A stretch of 64,000 nt of DNA from Syntrophales bacterium. GTDB taxonomy: Bacteria; Desulfobacterota; Syntrophia; Syntrophales; UBA2210. Positions 9,237 through 20,800 of this stretch are shown here, one piece after another. The notes under the pieces were generated by a model. That model saw only the letters and a list, made by a program, of their open reading frames with translations. It did not search any database and was not told where the DNA came from. The position numbers and the translations under genes were made by a program. Numbering within the stretch: position 1 is the first letter of the stretch; each line of letters opens with the position of its first letter. The stretch covers positions 2,336,001 through 2,400,000 of the forward strand of contig CAXXNF010000002.1 in the NCBI GenBank assembly GCA_963666365.2. Direction: 5' to 3'.

Positions 9237-11822
9237 TCAGATTTCCCCCACTTTTCGGAGAACGTAGAGGACCTCGGGAAGACCGAGCACGCCGTCTCCG
9301 TTCGCATCGGCGCGCACAGTGAATTCACCTTCATTGACGGGAAGCCGCACGATCAGTCTCATCATGACGATCGCATCGCGCAGGTCCACAACGCCGCTGT
9401 CATCGACATCGCCGACGGGAACCACGTTGCGTATGGTCACGGTCATCTCATCGGAGTCCGACAGCGCGCCTCCCTGGGCGGTGTCGGTCACGGTGAGGCG
9501 CAACGTGACGGTGCCGTCTCCGATCCCCACATGGGGCGCCGTGAAGGTGGGTTTCACCGCTGCCGGATCGGACAGCGTCACTTCCTGCCCGGCAATAAGC
9601 CCGGCAGTGGTTACCACTTCCCACAGATAGGAGGCGATACCGTCGTCTGGATCGGTCGACGCCGATCCGTCGAGGGTCACCAGGGCGCCTTCATTCACGG
9701 TCTGATCCACGCCGGCTCGGGCCGTGGGGGCTTCGTTTATCCAGAGTACCGTTACTGTACAGGTGTCAGTGTCGCGAAGCCCGGGCTCACCGTAATCGGC
9801 GCCTCGGTCCGTCACGGTAAGCTGAAATGTGAGCTCTGCGCCGTCCATACCCACGGCCGGTGCGGTGAAAGTAGGTGTGGCGGCTGCAGGATCGGACAGG
9901 ACCACCGACGGCCCGTCGGTCTGTTCCCAGAGGTAGCTTTTGATGCCGTCGTCGGGATCGCTGGACCCTGATCCGTCAAGCGTCACAAGAGTTCCCTCGT
10001 TCACGGTTTGATCCGTCCCGGCATTGGCCACCGGCGGCAGGTTGGACCAGGTGACGTTGACGATGCAGGTATCCGTCGCGCTCAGCCCCCCTTCGGCACG
10101 ATCGCGCACAGTGAGCCGGAAACTCAGAGAGGCGCCGCCCGGACCAACGTCAGGCGCGGTAAAGGTGGCCACGGCCGAGGTTGCATCGGCAAGCGTCACT
10201 GTGGCTCCGTCAACCTGCTCCCAGCGATAGAAGAGCGTGTCTCCGTCGACATCGGAAGAACCGCTTCCGTCCAGTGTCACCAGGGTTCCTTCGGCCACGG
10301 TCTGGTCATCGCCTGCATGAGCCACCGGCGCATCATTCACGGCGTCGATGGTGACGGTAAACGTGGCGGTGTTGGAATCGACCGTGCCGTCGTTCACTTT
10401 GAAGGTGAAAGTGTCCGTCCCATGCGCATGCAGCGTCGGCGTGTACGTAAAGGCGCCTGTTGAGGTGTTTGTCAGGTTCACCGTCCCGAGCGATGGAGGC
10501 GAAACGATGCTGAAGGTGAGCGTGTCCCCATCCACATCGGACGCCGAAAGCGTCCCGTTGAAAGGCACATCCTCATCGGTCACTGCGCTGCCGTTCTGCG
10601 CCACCGGCGCATCGTTTACCGGGTTGATCGTCACGGTAAAGGTGGCGGTGTTGGAATCGACCGTGCCGTCGTTCACTTTGAAGGTGAATGTGTCCGTCCC
10701 ATGCGCGTTCATCGCCGGGGTGTACGTGAAGGCGCCTGTTGAGGTGTTTGTCAGATTCACCGTCCCGAGCGACGGAGGCGAAACAATGCTGAAGGTGAGC
10801 GTGTCCTCATCCACATCGGACGCCGAAAGCGTCCCGTTGAAAGGCACATCCTCATCGGTGGCGGTGCTGCCGTCCTGCGCCACCGGCGCGTCGTTCACCG
10901 AAGCTACGGTCACGGTGACGACGGCCTCGTTCGAAACGTACCCTGTTGTATCCTTCACCGTGTAGTGAAAGGAATCGGCGCCGTGATAGTTGAGGGCCGG
11001 CGTATAGGTGATGGCGCCGGTCTGACCGTCCACCGCCGTCTGTCCGTGCTGAGGCGCGACCGTGACGGTCACCGTGGCCGGATCGAGGGCGCCGTCCGCA
11101 TCGGTATCGTTGGCCAGGACGTTGACATCCACCGCCGTGTCCTCAGTGGTCTGCGCGGTATCGTTTACTGCCACGGGCGGTGCAATCGTCACTACATCAT
11201 CGATGGTCGCCGTGCTTCCCGTTGCATCGGCTCCCAGAAGGTCAAAATACAGATACAGGGTCACCGCGCCCTCCCCGGTCAGTGTCCCCAGGTCCACGGA
11301 AACCGTTGCCGGCAGGTTATCAGCTGACCAGGCACTGCCGCTCGCAGCGGCGCCGGGCACACTCACCGCCTGGGCGTAGTGAAGTTCTCCCGTCTGTTGG
11401 ACACTGAACAGGGCATCCGTATTAGAAAGGGTCGATATCGGGTCCACCGCCGGCAGCCCCAGTGCCGAATCTTTTAAAAGGGACACCTGAAAGCTGTCCG
11501 GTTCGGTTCCCTCCGCGTTGGCTTTGAGATCCAGGGTTTTCAGGGTAAAAAGAATGTAGCGCACCCCCGCCGGTACGCTAAAGGTCTGCCAGATGCTCGT
11601 GGGATAGGCCGCACCCTCGGTGAGCACCGCAGCACCGGCCGCCACGGTTACATCGCCTTCTAGTTCCCAGCCGAATCCCTCATTCCCGGGAGCAACGGAA
11701 AAATCCCCGTTCACTACTGCGGCAAAAAGCGACAGGGGACAGGACAGCACCCAGAGCATGATCGCCAGCACCAGCCCCATCCGGAAGTTCAGAATTGAAC
11801 ACTCTCTCACCGTTCTCGTCAT
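9237..11822 (-). CDS. Secreted 861-aa protein: signal peptide, N-terminal beta-sandwich, 3 cadherin-like/Big_9 repeats, 3 PKD-like repeats, C-terminal dockerin-like domain
   Basis: Hydrophobic N-terminus MGLVLAIMLWVLSCPLSLFA; repeats PVAVND/VNDAPVAQ..TDED; PVANAGTDQTVNEGTLVTLDGSGSSDPD; C-terminal GDVDDSGVVDLRDAI...DANGDGVLGLPEVLYVL. ATGA overlap with the stop of the giant ORF. Confidence 0.88.
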   Translation of the reverse strand: MTRTVRECSILNFRMGLVLAIMLWVLSCPLSLFAAVVNGDFSVAPGNEGFGWELEGDVTVAAGAAVLTEGAAYPTSIWQTFSVPAGVRYILFTLKTLDLKANAEGTEPDSFQVSLLKDSALGLPAVDPISTLSNTDALFSVQQTGELHYAQAVSVPGAAASGSAWSADNLPATVSVDLGTLTGEGAVTLYLYFDLLGADATGSTATIDDVVTIAPPVAVNDTAQTTEDTAVDVNVLANDTDADGALDPATVTVTVAPQHGQTAVDGQTGAITYTPALNYHGADSFHYTVKDTTGYVSNEAVVTVTVASVNDAPVAQDGSTATDEDVPFNGTLSASDVDEDTLTFSIVSPPSLGTVNLTNTSTGAFTYTPAMNAHGTDTFTFKVNDGTVDSNTATFTVTINPVNDAPVAQNGSAVTDEDVPFNGTLSASDVDGDTLTFSIVSPPSLGTVNLTNTSTGAFTYTPTLHAHGTDTFTFKVNDGTVDSNTATFTVTIDAVNDAPVAHAGDDQTVAEGTLVTLDGSGSSDVDGDTLFYRWEQVDGATVTLADATSAVATFTAPDVGPGGASLSFRLTVRDRAEGGLSATDTCIVNVTWSNLPPVANAGTDQTVNEGTLVTLDGSGSSDPDDGIKSYLWEQTDGPSVVLSDPAAATPTFTAPAVGMDGAELTFQLTVTDRGADYGEPGLRDTDTCTVTVLWINEAPTARAGVDQTVNEGALVTLDGSASTDPDDGIASYLWEVVTTAGLIAGQEVTLSDPAAVKPTFTAPHVGIGDGTVTLRLTVTDTAQGGALSDSDEMTVTIRNVVPVGDVDDSGVVDLRDAIVMMRLIVRLPVNEGEFTVRADANGDGVLGLPEVLYVLRKVGEI
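10341..10898 (-). repeat. Two near-identical 279-bp (93-aa) tandem Ig-like repeat units
   Basis: Units 10620-10898 and 10341-10619; for example gttggaatcg occurs at 10371 and 10650 (offset 279). Confidence 0.92.
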
Positions 11823-14800
11823 ACCACACCCATCAGCACACGCACTACATCCGCATCAAGGACGGAGGGAAGTTTTCGCAGGGACGGCAGAAGCGCCGGA
11901 TTCATAAGGTCTCCCGGATGCGCGAAGGGGCACAGGTGCTCCCGGTCGGCGGTAAGGATAACGCTCAGGCCGTCGCCCACAAAACGCCATGAACCGTCCA
12001 GCATCATCACCGTATGGGCCGCGAACCGGGCGTCATCCCCGTCGATACCCAGGAGGTGTCCCACTTCGTGGGCGAGGAAGGTCAGCAGATCGTATCTGCC
12101 CCAGGCATCCGATCCCTCACTCGCCGTCAGCGCCGTACTTCCCTTTCCGGAGAGAAACTCCTCGTTCGTTTCAGGGGTTGTGTCGACGAACCATCCTGCG
12201 CCGTCGGCGTCCCTGTCCACCGTAATGAGCCCGGTGAGCACGGTCCCGTCGGAGGCCCTTTCGATGACCGTGGCCCTGCCGAGCACCCCGTCGGGCAGGT
12301 CGGCCACGGTTACGGTAATCGCGGGAAGCGTCACGTCTCCGAGCACTGACCGCCACAGATCAAGGGCGGTCTCCGCCAGACGCTGCGCCGACACCTCAAA
12401 ATCTTCAACACTCTCAAAGATTACCGCTGTTTCGGTCACGCCAGTTGAAACCGTTTCCTCGGTCAGCAGCGCACTCCCGCCCCCGACACCGTCCACATAG
12501 AGGGTGTAGCCACTGTTATAGGAGGTGAGGCCCTCGACCACTTCCACCTTCACATAGTAGGCGCCGGGCGTCATATCCTTCAGTGAAATACCGGAGGCGC
12601 CTGCAGTCCCGTCCACAAATCCGACAAGCCTTCCTTCACTATCCATCAGGGAAAGTCGCAGATCGGGATCGGCATCCCTATAGACGACCCTCACCAGATC
12701 CCCGTCACCCCCGGGCACGGCCAGATCGAACCGGAACCAGTCCACATCCCTCCCGTCATGAATCGTAAGGGTCGGGGAGGTATAGTGACCGTCGCTTAGA
12801 GTCACCACGGTCGCCTGGGCATAGCTGTTGTTGGGCTCGTAGGCATCGGGCGCCGGAAGCACCACCGCCACCGTCCGCGCGACATTATCTCTCGTGGTGG
12901 TTTCCACGCCCGCATCCTGGCTCACTACGGCCATCAGGTAATAGAACCCGGGGGCCTGTGAGGACAGATCCAGCTGCGTCGCACCTGCCAGGGTCGCCCC
13001 CGCCGCGCAATCTACCATTGTTTCTGTAACGCCCAGCGAGATGTCCGATCCGGCATCGAAGACATCGTCGACGGAGAGGAAAAATCCGATGGTAAGGGCG
13101 CCGCTCGAAGCAGTCCCGAAATTCGTGACAGTCCAGTCGGCGGTGACCTGGGCGTCGCTTAGGGGCACCATCGTCTTGTCCGCGGAAACCGATACCATGG
13201 CCGGATCGGAACCGGTCACGTCGGGGGTCGTCATATTCATTGTGTAGGCCATGGCACCATCGAAATTACGGACCACCACCCTGTAGAGTCCCGCCTCGAC
13301 GCTGTCCAGGCTGATCTGCGTCACACCGTCGGACGATACCACACCTAAGGCGACAAGACCGCCCTTTGCGTCCACAAGCATCACGAAGGGGGTCCCCTCG
13401 ACCGCACTGTAGGTAACCTCGATGGAGTCGGTTGCCGTGCCGTCGGCCACCATACGGAACAGGTAGGCATCCAGGTCATAGCGGCTGTGGAGTGTCCGTC
13501 CGTTCTGGGTGAAGGCGCCGCGCATCACGCCCAGATCGATGGCGCCGTTCTCATCTTCGTTGTATTCCTCGGGGTCGGGATTGACGGCGAGGATCACCGG
13601 CACCGAAATCGAATTGTTCCGTTCGTTCAGTTCCGTGATCAGGCCTGCGGGGTCCGCCACGGCCTTCACCAGCAGGTCCGCACCATAGGAGCCGGCTGGT
13701 ACCGTCACGTTGAATTCGATTGAAACGGATTCACCGGCACCGATGACGCCGATCATCTGCGTTGGACTGAGGGCGTATTCATCGCCGGTTGCCACATCCA
13801 CGAGGACGAGGCCTACCGTTACCGACCGCGCCGCATCTCCTCCCGGGTTTTTCACAGAGACTGTAATCGGCGCGGCATTTGCGCCGGGAAGCAGTTCCGG
13901 CGGAGCGACAATGTCCTCGATCAGCAGATCGGCTTCGCTGCGGGATACCGACTGCACATAGAGCGTATAATCGAAGGCAGCCTCGTCAACGGGCGACACA
14001 CGGAGGTAGTATCTGCCGGGAGCGAGACCTTCCAGGGAGAGGGTCACCACGCCGTTTATCGCACCGGGCGCCTCATCGAATACCGCGACCCCGTTTACAT
14101 CCCGCAGTTCCGCCAGCAGAAGCCCTTCCAGGAAAAGGCGCTCCACCACCAGCTGGTCGCCGGCGGTGCCGGTTTCCGACAGATAGAAGGTGAACCAGTC
14201 CTCGTCGGCCATGGCGTGCAGGCTGAGGCCGGGAATCGTACGTGCGGTGGTTATACCGCCCAGATCCGTGGCGGTCGCCGCCGTGTCGTTATATTCGAAC
14301 GCATCGGGAGCAAGAGTCACCTCCACAGGCAGCATCGCCTCATTGTCCCTGCGCACCCGTTCGGGCACGATTTCACGCCGGTCGATCAGTGCACCCACGT
14401 ACACCTGTCCTGTCACCATGGCGGGAATCTTCACCCGGAAGGTCGACGACCAGGACTCTCCCGGGGCGAGGGCAGGCACCATGAAGGGGGATACGAGGTT
14501 CCCGTCGCCGAAATCCACCCGGCCGTCGCGGCTCCATACCAGCATGCTTTCCGCGGCAGGCGACGCGGCGTCTCCGGCATTGGTCACGCTCACCGTCACG
14601 TCGAAGTACTGCCCCGTCCGGACCGTCCCGTTCACTGGCCCGCCGGATATCGATGCAACCAGGGCAGCGGCGCTGCTGGTGGGACCGGTGATGGAAAGGT
14701 CATAGCCCGCACCGAGGGGCTCTCCCGACATCATCCCCAGATAGTATTCGCCGGCGGCAAGCCCTTCCAGCGAGAAGGTCAGATGGGTGGAATCGGTCCA

Positions 14801-17800
14801 CGTACCCAGCGCCACCTGGGCGCCTTCCGCATCGAGCAGGAACACGTTTACCGCCGGATCGCTGTAGGCAAAGGCGATGTTCACCGCGTCGGTCTCCCCA
14901 CCCTTTTCAATGGTGCGGAATCGATAGTAGTCGATGTCCCTGTCGTCGGCAAGATTGAGACCGGTCCACGTCTCCGTACCTGCAATCACCCCCAGGTCCG
15001 TGGCGGTAGAGGGATGGTTGTTGTCCTCGAGCGCATCGGCCGTCAGACTTGGATTCGCCGTTATTGCCATTTCGGGACCCCACTCCCATGGAGTGAACCA
15101 CTGGGCGCTCGCCTTCGGATCAAGCAGATTGTCGTGTTTGAGTAATGTCACCTTCACCACCTGTACGGCAACCGCATCACCCAAGAAGGTAAGCTGCCCC
15201 ACGGAGGTGATCTCAAGGGGAACCTTCACGGTAGGAACAATCTCCGCCTGCGTGAGGTTCCATGTGGCCGTGAGGCCCATCTTCACCTCCACTTCAACGC
15301 CGGCACCAAATATCTTGGAGACCGCCTGAACGCCCGCACCGATCTTGAGACCGCCTTCCAGGTTGGCGGTGAAGGTCGCCACATCGGACACGAATTTCCC
15401 TCCGTCGGCGGCCCCTCCGGTAAGTTTGAACTCGAAGCCGAAGGCCACCTTGCCCACAACTTTAAATTCATAAGTCAGGCTTCCTCCGGGCGGCGTAAAA
15501 CCTATTTTGTACTCCGCCTCTATGGGGTTGTCGAATTTCACCGCCAGGGAATACTCGCCCTCCTTCAGCTCGAAAAACTCATTTACCTTGAAAGGTTTCG
15601 CGGTAATCGTCACCTCAATTGCCGGCTTGTACTGCAGAGCTATATTTTTTGTTAAAGTTTTACTGATTCCGCGGTACAGATTGCCAGACTCGTAGCCTTC
15701 CTGGAGACTCCGCATCCAGGCGATTTTATCTTTGAGGTCGAACTTGATCTTCCGGGTCATAGGTTGAGCAAAATTGATCGCTTTCCAAACCAGCAGGCCC
15801 GTACCGGGGATATCGAACCGCTCCGTATAGCCGAAGAGTGTGATCTCCACGCTTGGCCCCGCATCCTGATAAACAATCTCCTTGGAGAGGCTGAAATCGA
15901 TGATCAGATGGCTCCCCACCGTGATCTTCACCAACGTATCTTTGGCCGCAAATTCGGAAGCAATCGTCAACCCCTCCCAGGAATCCTTCCAGTTGACGGC
16001 AGTGGCCTCGTAGGCCCCCAGTTCGGGCAGGAACACGATGGACCGGTCCTGGTTCGGGTCGCTCGTGGGAAGTATCCATTCGGGCTGTGCGATGGACTTT
16101 ATCTGGTACTCCTCGGAGTGGAGCGTCTTACCTTCGCTCAGCAGTGTATACTTCAGCGTCGTGAGATCGGCGGTGAGCAGCTTCATGTCTATGGTAAAGG
16201 TGAAGGACCAGGCGGCGGCGTTCCGTACCGGCGTGATCCCCAGATCCACACCGCCCAGTTCGATTCTCACCGTGTCGGTCTTCCTGAATTCTTCGGGCTG
16301 GACGAAGAGCGTGAAGGTGTTCACCACAGACACGTCGCGGATATACTGGCCGAAGATCTTGGGATCCTTGTCCCCGTCGTAGCTTGCCACCAGGGTGCCG
16401 GTCTTCATTTGGAAGGCGGCATCGTTGTTGGTCTCGATCTGCTCCTCGAAATTTCCGGCGGCGTCAATCTTCACGATCAGGAACCGGTCGTCATAAAGGC
16501 CGAGGGGGGAACTCAGTTTGAGTTCGACGGTGTGGCGCCCTCCGGTGACATACTGTTTGTCGATGGTCCAGACGTAGCTGAGCGCGCCCGGGATCAGGGT
16601 ATCGTCTTCGAACTGGCTGGTCTCGGCCCACCACATCTGGGCGGTCAGGCGCGTGTTGGCGTCGGGTTCCTCCCCGTAGACGGAGAAGGTGAACCGGATC
16701 ACATCCTGAGCGGCGTCACTTACCGCCGTGGACACAAAGACAGCGCTTTCTGCCACGAATTCGGTCGGCCCCATGGGGCTTGCGGCGATACCCGATGGCC
16801 GCGTCTTTTCGAGATCGGTGAACCTTCCCTTGGTGAGGGTCAGGCCCCGAGCCTCCTTCCTCGTGGCGTTTTCCTTCTCAATTTTCGCCTGGGCCTCCGC
16901 ATTGAACACGAAGACGCCGTCCACGAATTTCCCCTGCGAGAAATCGTAACCCGTGGGGTTCACTTCCCCCCTCGCGTAGGCATCGAGGGAAATCTGGATA
17001 TTCGTGCCGTCCTTGCCCGTCACTGAAGCATCCCGCTGCATGGCCTCGGCCACCTGGATCAACTGCTGCACATCGTAGTAGATCACCTCGTTGGTACCCT
17101 TGAAGGTGGCGAAGAGGAACCTGCCGAAGGGATCGATCGCCAGCTGGTCGGCCCATCCCCAGGGAATTTCCTCGGTGGCGCCGATCAGTGTTGCCTTGGC
17201 GGGATCGAGGGGGTTTCGCACCACGCCGACATTGGCGCCCCGGCCGAGATAGGGATCGCGGGTGTAATCGTCCACCGTGCCGTTGAAGGTGCAGTTGGCC
17301 AGCACCAGGGCGTACTCGACGCCGTTATAGCTGTAGAAGATGACATCTTCGATATTGTTGATGTCGAAGTAGGCCCGCGGCCCATTCCAGCTGTAGTACT
17401 GCACATTAGTGATGTTGGTGAAGAACATCGGGTTCAGCAGGGTCATGCCCGCAACGATGGGACTGTCTCTGAGGGCCACAATGCCGTCTTCCATCTGCAC
17501 CCGCTTGGCCAGCGAGGGGACCAGATCCATCTGCACGCGGTGGGAAATGGTCATGTTCCCCTGCAGATCCACGTTGACGATGGTGAGTCCTTCCACATCG
17601 CGTCCGCGCACGGCCACCGCCACCTGGCGGGTATCCTCCCAGGCCTCCAGGCCGAAGGGCTTATAGCCAACCCCCTTCACCTTGAAAGAGAGGTTTTTCG
17701 AGGGATAGGCGTCCGATGTGGGCAGAACGGCGCTGAAGAGCCAGCCCGCTTCGTAGGAGGCATCTCCTCCGGACCAGGGCGCCTTGCCGGGACTTGCCGC

Positions 17801-20800
17801 CAGCAGGATGTTCGGCACGTTCCTGTCTCCCGAGAGCAGCACCGCCACGCCGGTGAGACCCGTCAGCGTTCCCATATTCGGCAGTGTCACCTTGTGGGTG
17901 TAGAGGGATTGCTGGATATAGCTGTCCGTCTTCAGGGAGAACTGGTAGATATAGGGTTTCGCCCGGTCGGTCACGAACACCCGGTCGTAGTATGGATCGA
18001 CGGTGATGTACCAGGGCTGGGCACCCGGGGGCAGTATCAGCCGGTCGATCTCGGGGGTGTCGGGATTGAGATCGATCTCCTTGAGCGATATCACATCGAT
18101 GAAGGACACCGTCCCGTCATAGGAATTCGTAACGATGGCCGTCGTGCCGTCGGGGGTGACGACAATGCCCGAGGGGCCTCCCCCCACGGGGATGCGTACC
18201 TTGCCGGCGCTGGGCATGCCGGCATCGGCCAGCGGGTTAATGACCGTCACGGTGTTTTCCTGCGTATTGGTGACAAACACGTAGGAGGGGGCAAAAATCT
18301 TCGGCTCCGCCGTCATACTGGGAAGCACCCGCTCCACCGGCACGGGATCGGTCCCCCGCTCCCACTGATAGACCGTGACGGTCCGCGTGACCATGATATA
18401 TTTTCCGGAAAGCTGCACGTTGTCCGGCACCAGGGCCTTCACAACACCGCCGTCAAGGGATGCTACGGGCAGTTCGATCCGTTGACCGGGGAGGAGTCCC
18501 TCAGTTTGATGCCGGAAAATGGAATCCGTCAGGATCACCACACGAAGCTTCGACGCATCGTCGCCGAAGAGGGCGCCCTGGATCGTGATGGTCCCCTGCT
18601 GGACGCCGGAGGCGTCGGGTGCATACTCTACCGTGACGTTCGTAACGATAGGCGTATAGTCGTAGTGCTGCGGCTCATCCACCTGGGCGGCCACATTGAA
18701 GAGCGCACCGGGATCAGCCGGCACGGGGTATTCGCCCACCGAGGCGTAGCCGGTATCGGCATCATAGCGGATCACGCGCACGGCCGTCGCCCCTGCCGGC
18801 AGCGGAATGGCATTGTCCCAGACCTGATCGGGGTTGAAATACCAGCGCTGTTTCGCCGTCGATCCTGTCACTACCTCGATGACCGCGTCGTTATAATAGG
18901 GGGTTACCTGGAACAGTGTCACGGCATCGCTGTCGCCGAACATAAAGGTCCCCTCGTCCATCGTCCCAGGATTGGGAGGCGACGTGGTCCGGGCGTATCC
19001 GTCGGAACCGACGATAGCCACATCCACCAGCTCCCAGGTGTCTTCAAACTGTCCCGGCCCCCGCAGGATCTTGGCGGTACGGAACAGGTAGAGTTTGTCG
19101 CCGGGTGATGAACCGGCCGGCGCCGGCACCGTGATCGTAAGCGGCGCCGATGGATTGACCCCGCTCAGGTTGATCGTAAAGGCGCTGACGTAGGTGAATC
19201 CGTCGGGAAGCACCTGCATGCCGGCGTCCGAGCTGGGCACGGTCGTCACGGTCACCGTCTGTCCGTTCATGGTCCCGGGAGGCAGGGACACACTGATATT
19301 GTCGGCGTTGGTCACCACCCCGCCTGAGGCATCGACGGCGCTTCCGCTGGCGGTACTCAGGGCCACCTTGAATTCCAGCTCCTGACGGATGCCGCCGTTG
19401 ATCACCGTGACGGAGGCGTTTCCGAGCTTCACCGCAGTGACGAGACCGTCGGCGGTGACCGTAATGATCGATGAATCGGCGCTGTAGTACCGGGTGCCGC
19501 TCGCGGCGCCGGCCCAGTCGACCAGCGCTCCCGACTGATCGCGCAGGCCGAACATGATCTGACGGATCTCACCCGCAGCGAGCACATAGGCGGCGGGGTA
19601 GATGTTGTAGAGTGACGGCGTTTCACTCTCACCGACCACTATCGCGGCGGCCGCCGTAAGCGTCCCCTTCACGGCCGTCACCACCGTCGTCCCCTCGCCG
19701 AGCGCCCAGACACTGCCCACCTGATTGACCACTGCCACGGCATCGTCCAGGGACGACCAGACGGCGTAGCCGGTGGGCAGCCGCACATAGCCGCCGTCCG
19801 AAAACAGGCCGTAGAGCTTCAGGAACTCCGGTTCGTATACGTCGAGATGCAGCACCGCGTCTTCGGCACGGAATTCAATGCGTTGCAGCTCCGCATCGGA
19901 CAGGGTTACGGTCACGTGGGCGGCGCCGGAACGGGCGCTTCCGTCATCGGCGATAAAGTCGAAGCCCGCACCGGAACCGGCATACCCTTTCTCGGGGGTG
20001 AAATAGACTGTTGTTCCGTCCCCGCCCATCACCACGGTTCCCCGGGTCACATTGGCGATCACGTAGTCAAGCGACGAGCCGTCGGGATCAGTCGCCCAGG
20101 GCGCCAGATTCACCGCGACAGGGATATCCGGATAGGTGGTCGCGGCCCCTGCCGCCGCCGCGGGCGGGCGGTTGGCCGTGAAGCCGAAATTGAGTTCCAT
20201 ATAATAGCGGTCGGTGGCGTCCACGTCGCCGTCACGATCGGCATCGGCGGTGACCCGATAGGCGGCGTCGCCCGCGCTGGAACCCTCGGCCTGGGCGAAG
20301 AGGGCCGTGTCGCTTCCATCGACGAGACCGTCACCGTTCACGTCGCCGGCGGCATACAGGCCGACCGAGTAGAAACCGGCGCCGGCGCCGGATATCGTCA
20401 CCACATAAATACCGGAAGCATCGAGACCGAAGAGCGCCGTCCCGCTGCTGTCTCCGGTGCGCGCCTGCTGTCCCCTCACCCCTTCAATGACCGGCGCGGC
20501 CGGGACAAATCCGCCGGTCCCGGTCACATGGACGCCGAGCACAGCATAGCCCGACACCACGCTCTTCAGTTCATCCGGCGAGAGCACAAAGGCAATGCGC
20601 AGGGTCGCCCCTTCCGCAATCTGCCCCGTGTGGGCGCTGCTGATGGCATCCCGCAGGGGTCCCGCCACGGTATCGATCGTCCGTGTGGCGGTCATGTATC
20701 CGTCAGCGGAATACTCCACCAGGGAATGGGCAGCACCGTTTCCATAGAGTACCGCGGTGAGCAGGTGGGTGTCACCCTGATACTGGTACCAGGCCCTGCT

